Assembly (NCBI GenBank): GCA_012295275.1
Contig: CM022679.1
Location: forward strand, 24,304,001 to 24,368,000
Source: Chrysomallon squamiferum
Taxonomy: Eukaryota; Animalia; Mollusca
Reading direction: 5' to 3'
DNA length: 64,000 bases
In this document: positions 53,801-64,000 of the stretch, piece after piece
How positions within the stretch are numbered: position 1 is the first letter of the stretch
Layout of the letters: the number at the start of each line of letters is the position of its first letter
Translations under genes and position numbers: made by a program
The notes under the pieces: model-generated
The model's input: only the letters and a program-made list of their open reading frames with translations
The model's database searches: none
Told to the model about the DNA's origin: nothing

Positions 53801-53920
53801 AATGTTATATTTGAACCATGTCGACATGCTTGTTGTGGAGTCACGTGTGCACTTCAGTTGACAAAATGTCCAATCTGTCGAAAAATTGTAAAGAAGTTGG
53901 AGACTGTCTTCCTATCATAA
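41801..53920 (+). CDS. BIR-less IAP-derived coiled coil-RING protein, copy C. Exons 41801-41876, 42763-42863, 43198-43216, 43692-44021, 46029-46210, 46557-46587, 47184-47243, [48648-48709, 49588-49618], 50845-51026, 51366-51396, 52880-53305, 53739-53920 (539 aa, or 570 aa with the bracketed pair). May instead be two genes, the second starting at 44995.
   Basis: All exons are homologous to copy A exons, GT/AG-bounded, phase-compatible and stop-free. Terminal RING CKVC..PCRH..CPICR..VFLS is intact. Connectivity across 44021-46029 is inferred. Confidence 0.6.
43704..43943 (+). repeat. Coding 21-bp minisatellite (about 11 units) encoding ELQETKE heptads
   Basis: Unit gaactacaggagacaaaggaa. Confidence 0.95.
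44995..45112 (+). other. Remnant or alternative first exon homologous to the IAP N-terminus
   Basis: MEKFINKEMKNEAKILKSFHHNPIQSPEDQERK vs MDTFVYNEMRDEAKRLVSFQQYPILYPEDEERT, with 5'UTR homology upstream. A phase-1 donor gtaaat is available at 45113. Confidence 0.55.
48720..49481 (-). repeat. Inverted duplication of ~40280-41130
   Basis: For example agagtcttgaaaattttt..ttttgtgtaggtaatgttctttctgtttatgttctta at 49093+ is the reverse complement of ~40665-40727. Confidence 0.9.
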
Positions 53921-56066
53921 ATATTATCTAAATATCTGAGATATATCATATTAATATTCTTAGATATCATTTATATGAAGACTGTATTGTTTGAATAATA
54001 ACATCATTATATCCTTATGGCTTATGTTTATCATGCTTATATATATATACACATGACATTATTTTTACATATTATCACTGGTTTGATATGGTGAAATTTC
54101 ACATTACATTTCAATAAAAAATACCAACATATACATCTTGTGCAGACATATGAACTGTTTTGGTGCCACTGAATCTAGAGTAATAATGTTGTCATCAGAC
54201 ATTTAAAAAAGGTGTTATAGTGAGGTGTGTAAAACAACTTATTTGTAAAGACATTTGACTTTTTCTTTGTTCACATTTATATTTATATGTAGCTACGAAT
54301 AATATTTCTTCTGATGTTTGTTAAAAATCCAATATTCTGTCAAGCACTTTGCATTTTTCGTATTGAGTCATTTCTTAATACATTACAATGTATTTCAATC
54401 AGAATTCACTGTATTCAATTTGCATAATAGTGTGGCATTTGTTTACTAATAAATGGCACTAACTTTAAAATGGAGAATTAAAAAAAAAATTGTGTGTGTG
54501 TGTATAGATATATTATATAATCACAATGGTAGTTTAAATATATTTTAATTAACTTGACGAGATTGTTAAAAATATATAAAACATTTTTTCTGGTTTGATG
54601 TTTTAATTTGACTAATAGTTATGTCACACAGCTGTGATTGTTAATCTTTTATCTTTTAATTTTTAATTTTTTTTTAATTTATCTTCTTTTTTTTATCATC
54701 CCTTTTTAAATAACTTTTAAGGTTGGATGTCTTAAGTTCCATTTTATACTATCACACAAAATATGATTGTTACGTTTCTGTAAATATATTTGTGTTTTCA
54801 ACTGTTAAATTGATACACATTTTGTAAATAAATAAAAAATTAAAAAAGTATTCTTACAAAGAGTGAATTTTCAAATGACACTTCAAACAGCTCAGCAGTG
54901 AAAAACATTTTTAAGAAATATCACATTTAATTTTTTTTTTCACTAGTATGATTTCCCATGTAAACTTCTGAATTACTCTGTGGTAGAAAATATTTCTGAA
55001 CAAAATAATTATTAGCAGTAAAACCCAAGATTTTTTTTCAGACTATAATAATGCAAGAAAAATATAATAATAATTTTCCACGAATTTCATATTTCAAAGG
55101 TTTTTCACAAATGAACTTTTGTATGTCATTTTAGAAATCCAACTTGAAGAAAATAAAATGGATGAACAAATGAATATTTATTGTCATCCCACTACAACAA
55201 ACAATTGGATATTAGTGTGAAACATATGCTGAAAATAATGATAATAATAATAAACCTGACATGGTACAAAACTGGTCAGAGATTGTAACCCTGATAACTA
55301 GTTTTTCTAATTATATATCTATTTTTCTACTTATCTTTTATATTAAGTAGCTAAAACTATGTTGTCATTGTATCTGTTATATAGTAAAGATTCACATTTT
55401 CTTTAGACATCTTTGAAGTTATTTTTCTTTGTAAAATGCGACCAATAAAAAAAATAAATTAAAACAACACATAAGTATACATATATATATATATATATAC
55501 GTCCATCTAGATAAAATCTTTATTTGTGTTTTGGTTTTCTAAGCGTCTTCTACAGAGAGAAAAAACGTAGTCCATTACTAAACATGTCTATGCTACATTC
55601 AAAATGATTGCGTTGAGTCTTTCTCTCCTATTGCAAAGCCAGCTAGTAATCAGTTCACCACACAATACATAGAGGAACATCTCTAAGTTGTGCTTTCTTT
55701 TAGAACAGTCAAGCTTATTTTTAATAAACAAAGAAATAAACATCAGTTCAACTCGACAAGATATGTACGTACATACAGATGTCTATTTCTGTTTATCTAC
55801 GTCTTTCTGCTTTATAATTAACCTTCCATCCATCAATCTTTCAGTCAATTCAACAGTCAATCCTATATTGGTAGGTATGTAGCCAGCCAGACAGGGAAAT
55901 AGATAGGCATGCAGATCCGTCAATAGATATATATCGATAGTTAGAAAGATAAATGGCAGAAAGGTAATTAGTTAAATGATGTTTGAAATCTGTTGGTAAA
56001 TTTAATGAACAGTAAGATGAACTATATTTATTTTATTTATAGAGAAAAAAGATTAAAAATATACTA

Positions 56067-56380
56067 CAGTGGTATCTTGACTTACGAGTTTAATTCGTTC
56101 CGTGACCGAAACCTTAACTCATTTTACTCATATATCAAATCAATTTTCGCAGATGAAATTAACTGAAATACCATTAATCTGTTCCAGCCCCCTAGAAAAC
56201 CACTACAATTTTTTGTAAAGTGTTTTTAAATAAGAAAAATGCATGTATAAATGACAATAATGACAAATATGACAACCACATAAAATAAAAGATAATGCAA
56301 AGAAATAAATTGGTTTTGTAAAGTGTACTGTGGGTTAAGTTTTCTCAAGTGAACAGCATTAACTGGGAGGTTCTATGTTT
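56067..56380 (+). mobile_element. Tigger/pogo-like DNA transposon fragment (one end)
   Basis: TA followed by cagtggtatcttgacttacgagtttaattcgttccgtgacc, a Tigger-like terminus; I found no second TIR. Confidence 0.55.
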
Positions 56381-57451
56381 TACTTGTGAAGAAGTAAAAT
56401 GAATTTAATAAAATTAATTACAGAACCTAGTTTCAGCAATAGAATTTAAAAATAAATAAATAAAAATTTGTACAATACACATGCAAATAATAAAATAATA
56501 AACTGTACAATTAATCATATTAGTGCTATTAGATTTTCACTTAATGTCTTTTATACATAAGTTATTATCTTTGTATAATTTGTCCTATATGTTGTACATT
56601 AATTGTTTTTTATGTTTTAACATTTATTTTCAGTACTAATGTAAATTTGTAGTAACTAATTTTTGCATTATCATTGTTTTATTGTCATCTTCATTAATAA
56701 ATTATAATTATAGAAGTTCATATTATCATTATTATCACTTAATTTCACTGCCAGTAAAAATGTTTGGTCATTAAAATATAACATTGCTTATTTTGGATAT
56801 GTTTAAAATTTTATATCTTCTATATTTACAGTTCATTGAAAATAAGTTTTTAGAGCACTTTTATGGATTATGTCTCTTTTAAAAGATACTGAGTTTCAGT
56901 ACCAAGGAAGTATTTAATAATTAAATTTATTTCATATTACATAAGAAAGGAAGAATAATTATTAGTTAAAAAACAGAAATATTTCTTGGACTGTTTTAAG
57001 GTGAAATATGATTTTTTGGTTTATATCATGTAGTTTACTCATAAATTAATTAATTTATTTATTTATTTATTTATTTATTTTTTTTTTTTTGCAGACATTT
57101 ATTTTTTCTTGAATACTTTGGTTTTATGTTCCTTTTTTAAAACACTATGTATTTATCCTGTATATATCTCATAGTTATGTTAAAGATATAATTATGTGTA
57201 ATTTCTTCTTTTATTATTTTATTTCTTTTTAATATTTTTTTTATAAACTGAGATTTGCAAAACACATTTTTCATTCATTCTTAAAGTCTGTACTTAATTT
57301 TTAAATTCTCAAAATTGTCAAATAGATTGTTTTAAAAGTAAATTTTATAAATATATCTATTTGATTTATAGTAGAAAATATAAATATAATTTTTTTAATA
57401 AAAAATCATTTTGCATTTTATTTTTTTATCATTATATTATTATTATTATTA

Positions 57452-57490
<39 letters not shown>

Positions 57491-57715
57491 ATTTTGTTAG
57501 ATAATTTAGAGCTAGTCTTCTGAACATTTTGTGTGTTAAATGTAGACTTGTAATATACAAGCATGTTACTTTGTATATACAAAAAATGTTGTAAAGGATT
57601 TTTTGTAGAAGAATTTTCATTATCTGTGTCAATTTCATTCTTCTATTCATGTATTATTTCTGTATCATTTTCTTCAAAATACAGCAGCATTCTCTAGTTG
57701 TTTGTTTTTTCATTT

Positions 57716-57760
<45 letters not shown>

Positions 57761-59595
57761 ATTCTCAAAATTGTCAAATAGTTTTAAAAATTTATGTTAA
57801 ATAGAACCATATCAAAATGAAAATGTTTATTAAAAAGAAGATAAAAATATTTTTTTCATTTTAAATTGTATACAAATTTGTAAATTGTTTCTTAATTACT
57901 CCTGTAATCTTCAGTGCTGTATTTGTAATATTTTAATTTAATTTTTATCTATTTATTTTTAAGAACAAAACTGTAATAATAATAAAATAAACCTTATAAA
58001 CCTGTCACTTTCTAAAATCTTTTAAATGTTAAGAATTTTTTTATTATTTTGTTTATCCAATTTCTGCTTTATTTTACAGATGTTTGTTGTGGAAATATTT
58101 TTATAATAAAAAATGAAAATTATACCTATCTGTTATTAATCAGGTTCTGTTTTGAAATTATTAAATTAAAAATTATAAACACATCTATTTCTGTCATTAA
58201 AATCATGTCCAAGATTATCTATGCAGTCTGAAAATACAAGTTTTAGACCTCTGTTCTGTTGCCTTTTGACTGTGTTTTAATATTTAAATAAACTATTTAA
58301 TATTCTTTGTCTTTGTGTGGTCTGTTATTAATTTATTATTAATTAATGATTTTGTTTTAGAAGTTTTAGCCTCTCATGTATAATTAATCTCCAGATTGTT
58401 GTAAATGAATTTAAGTAAATTAATAATTAATATCTGATGACATTTGTGATATAGAGATTAAGGGTCAACTATTAGTACACAAATATGTATGGTATCAAAA
58501 AGAAACTAGTTAGGCAGGACACTATAAAACCAACATCAGGAGATGTATTATAATTTTACCATGAATGTTTAATGGCATTCCACTGCAACAAACTGTTAGT
58601 TCCTGGGTGTCAAACATATGTTAACAATAATAATAATAGTAGTAATGATGATGATGAAATTACAGTCTGAAAATGCAGTAACTTGTAAGATAGAATAAGA
58701 TATTCCAAAAATAAGAAAATAATTACCATTACATCCATGATTGATGGATATTAATAAAAAAACAAAACAACAACATTAACATTTATTTATTTAACTGTTT
58801 ATTTTTCATATGATAGATATTATATTCCAGGTGCATTCTGCCTAAATGCATCAACAGACTTACATTTACAAGCATTCATTAATCATGTGAAATGTAGTAT
58901 TCATTAATCATATGAAATGTAGTTGTATTTTTTGTTGTTTTTTGGAAAAAAAAAATTTTTTCATTTTCATTTTTAATCCAGTTCATTCAGTAGTTACTCT
59001 ATTCTAACAAAGCTGAAAAGAATTTTAACAATTTATTATAGACTAAATACAAGCAGACTTTTGAATATTGTTATTTAATTTCATATATATATAATAACGT
59101 ATTTGAAAGTTCTGGTAACTTTCAAGTACCTTTTTTTTTTTCTCAAAAGTAATGAAAGTCATATGGTATTTTACCATTATGATCTGAAAAACGTTTTCTA
59201 CCAAGTATCACATTTAAAAGCTTTCTCGTCTTTGTGAATTCTTACATGCCTTACTACTGAATACTTTTCTGGAAAACATTTTGAAAAAATTTCACATTAA
59301 AAAGTTTCCATGCATTCTAAAGTATTTTTTCAGAAACGTTTATAATTTTATAAGTTTATATATAATTATAATACACTCGTAGTGTTCGTTGTAATTTTCA
59401 AGAGAAAATAATAAAAATTAAATTATTTTATTATGAGCCAGCGTGCTCAGTACTGGTTTGGCTACGTTGCTTTGAAACCTCTTGTTTTAATTTATTAGTA
59501 TGATACCAGTACAGGTCAAGTTTTATTTAAAACTGTTTTCACGACTAAGTTACATTAATTTTATTATTATAAAATAACAGTTTCTTTATCACATT

Positions 59596-59800
59596 CAGTA
59601 GCGTACATGGGGGGGGGCGAAGGGGCGGTGGCCCTGGCCATCCAAATATGAGAAAAGAACTTAATAAATTTAGTCGATTTATATTTAAATCGAATAGTTT
59701 ATTTTATGTTTCATCTGTGTTTACATATTCAAAATATTCTTCGTGTTTCGATATTGCTAAAAGTATTCATTTTTTTTTAATTATTATTATTCATTTAACT
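59596..59800 (+). mobile_element. Short insertion in the copy D upstream region, hAT-like terminus
   Basis: cagtagcgtac plus a G-rich tract, absent at the homologous site of copy A (~10030). Confidence 0.4.
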
Positions 59801-60044
59801 TTATCTTGCCTTCTCAACATAATACATTTTGGTAACATTCATTCCCGCAAAAAGTAAATTTTGTTTCAGTTGTTTTTATTGGATCGCTATATACAGATTT
59901 ATCCAATCACAATTAGTTTCTTATTTGATAAATGAAAACAATATGGTGGCCATTGCTACATGTTGACAATTTTGTTAGGATTTACGTTCGTAATTCTTCA
60001 AAACTGTAGGTATTTAACTGGGAGTTTTAATTGCAAATCTAGAA

Positions 60045-60912
60045 ATGGATACTTTTGTCTATGATGAGATCAGAGATGAAGCGAAGAGACTCGTGTCTTT
60101 TCAGCAGTACCCCATTTTATATCCAGAAGATGAAAGAACAGGTTATTATTCGCCACTGAAGCTGTCAAACGCCGGATTTTTTCGAGAGCCTGGTGCTTCT
60201 TCAGATGAAGTGACATGCTTTGCCTGCGGAATTAAATATAGTGGATGGAGGGGCGAATCTCCAACGGCTGTTCACAGGATTCTAAATCCTGACTGCCAGT
60301 TTCTGAAAGAAGAAGGAGAAGAAGTTGAACATGAAGAGAGAATTCCATCAACACCAAATAATTGTGAACGAATGTCTGGTAATCCTGAAGTGAGGCGACG
60401 TTTGTTTGATGTGTCAGAAGAACCTGGCAGCCCTGTCCATCGTGATCAACAGCAGACACTTCTACCAAAATATAAACCAGTGTATGGTGACTATAACATG
60501 CTGTTTGAGAGTCACAGGTTGCTGACTTTCACAGATCCAAATAACCGACAGTCAGAAGTGTGGGCTGAAAATGGTTTTGTTTTTCTGCAAGAGAGTGGTT
60601 TGGTGAAGTGTGTTTTCTGTGGTGTAGAAATTTGCTTTGAAAATGAGGAACCTGTCATAGAAATTCATCGACAGGTTTCTGAGAATTGTCCATTTGTGAG
60701 ATACATTGATGTAGGTAACATCTCAAGAGAACTGGAACATTCAGTGAAGTCGAAGCAAATGAATCTGAATACAGACGTAAATACACAGAGATCAGTGGCT
60801 TATTTACATCCACAGTTTGAAGATGAAGAAGACAGGAAGAAGACTTTTGAATATTGGCCATGTTTGCCTCAGACAGAGGAGCAGTTGGTGGAAGCAGGAT
60901 TTTACTTCACTG
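60045..60912 (+). CDS. IAP/BIRC copy D, coding exon 1 (BIR1, BIR2, first half of BIR3); the rest lies beyond the window
   Basis: Close paralog of 10321-11185 with the same donor actg|gtaaat at 60913. Confidence 0.9.
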
Positions 60913-62142
60913 GTAAATACTTGTGTACAGTTTCAATATGTTTACATCACATAGACATTTTTTATTATTTTTAGTTATTCTATAAACAGAATTGAACTGA
61001 TTGCATCTTGATAACAGAATTCATTGACAATGAATTCATCTTGCTAATGTATTCAGTTTTAATCCTTGTCAGATTAATTTTATAAAATAAACAAATGTTC
61101 GAAAATATAAACATTTATCTCATTGTAATACTTGTGTCTATTGGTTGTGCAGATATATGCATATAAACAATAACTTACTCATCAAATAAAGTCCAACTTC
61201 GATAATTCTAACTTGATGGGGAAGGCAAAATAGTTTGATATATTTACTATAATATTGCTAGACAAGTAAAGTATGTTTGACGCTGCAATAAACACATTCT
61301 TATGGATTTGGTAAATTAGCGAAATAACAAAATCAGTAAGACACAACTCAGATTAATTTGACATGAGTGCAAATACATACATACACATGTATATGCAAAT
61401 GTATTTATTGATGTATAAAACAGCAAACAGACTATATCACATTATCTAAACAACATAAATTGAAACATATAATCAGAAATAAATACCAAGTTAATCTATT
61501 TCTTTATTTCCAGTCTTGGAGGAACATATATGAGTGTTAATAGCACCAGATGTGCAGTACAAGATTATGAAAATCTTAAACAACAAAACTAGTTTAAATC
61601 AATAATATTTGGATAGATCAAGGTTGTCAAAGTTTGAATTATTAAAGTTTCACTGTAAGGTGTAATAGTAATTTTATTTCACAGCTGATTTTGATTTTCT
61701 TTTATCCACTAGCTGAATCCTTTACACTAATCATGGATTCAACTAATGTATTCTAACAATTGTAATTGTGCTTCACAACTTAACATAACTAACTGTTTTC
61801 TTTAATGTGTGTGTGTGTTGTGTTTGTACAATATATATTGTATAAACAACACAACACACACATCTCTGTGTACATGTATGTACACTTTGGAGTAATAATG
61901 ATAGGTTAATACTAGCAGATAAACAAATAAAAAATAAAAATACAAACTGAATATTTTTAAAAGCAAATGATAAATGCACTGATAAGAATGTTTTGCTTAC
62001 TGTAACTCTCAGTGTATAATGTTCATAATAGCAGTTGGTGGAAGCAGGATTTTACTTCACTGGTAAATACTTACGTACTGTTATTATCATGTTTACATCA
62101 CACAGATATCTGTCTGTTATTATTAACTACCCCAATTAACTT

Positions 62143-64000
62143 TAGGGTCATTCCGTGTCAAATCACCCAATGGTTTAAACCCGACCGTCTCAGATTTTTA
62201 TGAAACTTGGTATACTTGTTGACTGGGATCCCACAGCATAAAATCTGAAATTTTAGCTCAATCAGACCAGTGGTGTGGGAGATACGGCCCACCGAATTTT
62301 GAGATTTTTGCCAAAAATGGGTGTGACCACCAACCTTAGAACCCTCCTATCTCAGGAACTACTGGGCCAATCTTCATAAAATTGGTATTGTTAGAAAGGC
62401 AAAATGACAAGGATACCAAATCTGCCATTTTTGTTTAGTTTGGAAAATATTGGAGTACCTTGACCTTTTGACCTTTGCTATGACCTTGAAATTGACCGTG
62501 TGGATCACGTGATCTTGAGATGACCTTTATTGAAATTTAATCTCCCACATGTTAACTAAAACATATAAAAAGTTTCCTGGGTGTAATATTTTTGTTTAGC
62601 CAAATATAGATTTAAAAAATGCACATACATGAAAATAACACCTTTTCAGCCATTAACATCTGATTAACTAAAACCTGAATGATCAATTCTGGATGCTAGG
62701 AATCACCATCTCTCTTGATCATCGAGTAAGACATTGTAGGCCTACCTGTATGCATAAAGTTCACATATAAAAGATTCCTGGGTATAATATTTTTTGTTTA
62801 GCCATAATAGAGATTTAAAAAAATGCATACCTGCATGGATGATTGATACAATGCATTACAATGTACATTTTCTCTGAGACTAAAAACTCATCTTTGGAGT
62901 TAAAACCCACCTGACATGTCTGAAGGAATGCCTGAAAGATATGAAAAGATGCCAAATGGCATGACATGTTCTACACAATCAGGCTGAAAGGGTTAACAGG
63001 AAGTGATGCTTCAGGCAGGTCAGGAATTCCTTTAGATCCCCTGGTGCAATCCCCATTGAGCACATGGCAATTAGAAGTTTAAGAAAAAGAAGTTTCTTCA
63101 TCTGCATTTCTTTGACAATTTGAAGCTTTTTAACTTGGACACAATGTCAGATGTTGATATATAAACAATATTTTTATTTCATAAAACCTATTAAGTAATT
63201 TTATCATGTCATGTGGGCAGATTTGGTTTTGAACAAGGTTTCAGTCAACAACAGTACAACCCAGTCTGAAATCAGATGTCATCAAGTGATGTACTGCATA
63301 ATGTATTTGTACACCCAGTCTTCGGCACAGAGTATGAACAAGGTCTACTTCACCTTAATAAACTGTGATTTATACTTGAGAAGATTGACATAAATGCCCA
63401 AGACTTGTGGGCCTTTGGCAATAACACATGTACTCTGCTGCCATTTTATGACCTGCTTAACTTTACTGAAACGGTTTCAGCACTGACTTTGTTCTATTGA
63501 ATTGAAGGTGCAGGCCAATAATGAAAATCCTTATTTCTTCCAAGGCTAACTGCAGCTTTAACTCTCCTGAAAATGTGTGTTATCAACACCATCATATCAA
63601 AAAGGAGTTGTTGTTTAGTATGGAAAACTGAGGAAGTCGAACTCCTCACTCTTTGAAGTGGGATCAAACACGGGACATCAAGAGTATCATGAACAAGAAC
63701 TTTTCATCAAATTTTCAACATTGCAGAAAAACTGTTGTGATCCCCTTAATCGCCACCCTGAGCAAGCACGCACTAGATCTTTAAGAATTGTTAGCATGGG
63801 CACTTACAAATGCTTAGTAAATCCTCCAAAGACACTAGTGCCAGGAGACAAGTTGTGCTGTGACTGTCTGATTACCCTTCAGAAATCAAAGGTCCTGCAG
63901 AGGATGGCTTTAGTATGGGTGGTATTACAATGGGAGAATTTGGTGATAACTTGCCAGACAAACAACTGGTTGTTGTTTCCCAAGAAAAGGATTTTGATTT
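62143..64000. mobile_element. DNA transposon inserted in copy D intron 1 (possibly Academ-like), with decayed minus-strand coding remnants; incomplete
   Basis: Homology to the copy A intron stops at aacttt, then tagggtcattccgtgtcaaatcaccc begins. Higher GC, with internal direct repeats at ~62550-62640 and ~62760-62830. Confidence 0.6.

Noticed and set aside
61189-61657. Possible old Tc1/mariner MITE (aacttcgataattc...gaattattaaagtt)
   Set aside because: The TIR match is only partial and the interior is shared ancestral intron sequence, so it is too weak to call.

Overview
AT-rich, intron-containing animal genomic DNA. A mollusc or other lophotrochozoan is my inference, not something the sequence proves. 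It holds one intact five-exon ZDHHC4-type palmitoyltransferase gene (CDS 1892-4892, +), followed by a head-to-tail array of IAP/BIRC-derived genes on the + strand, each unit starting with a homologous promoter block (~10.1, 21.7, 37.0 and 59.8 kb). Copy A (10321-15084) is BIR-BIR-BIR-UBA-coiled coil-RING, with a 1-bp frameshift in BIR3 as assembled. Copy D (from 60045) is a close paralog of A whose first intron runs into a transposon at the window end. Copies B (22085-28924) and C (41801-53920) have lost all BIR zinc ligands but can still be spliced by hand into open frames ending in an intact RING. They are built from repeated [BIR3-remnant exon + 31-nt micro-exon] cassettes and from coiled coils expanded by different 21-bp (heptad) repeats. 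Transposon relics (hAT MITEs with TSDs, a LINE RT fragment, a Ulp1 protease relic, Tigger-like and other DNA-transposon ends), inverted duplications and microsatellites are interspersed. All exon models were read by eye from GT/AG sites, phase and paralog alignment, with no transcript evidence.
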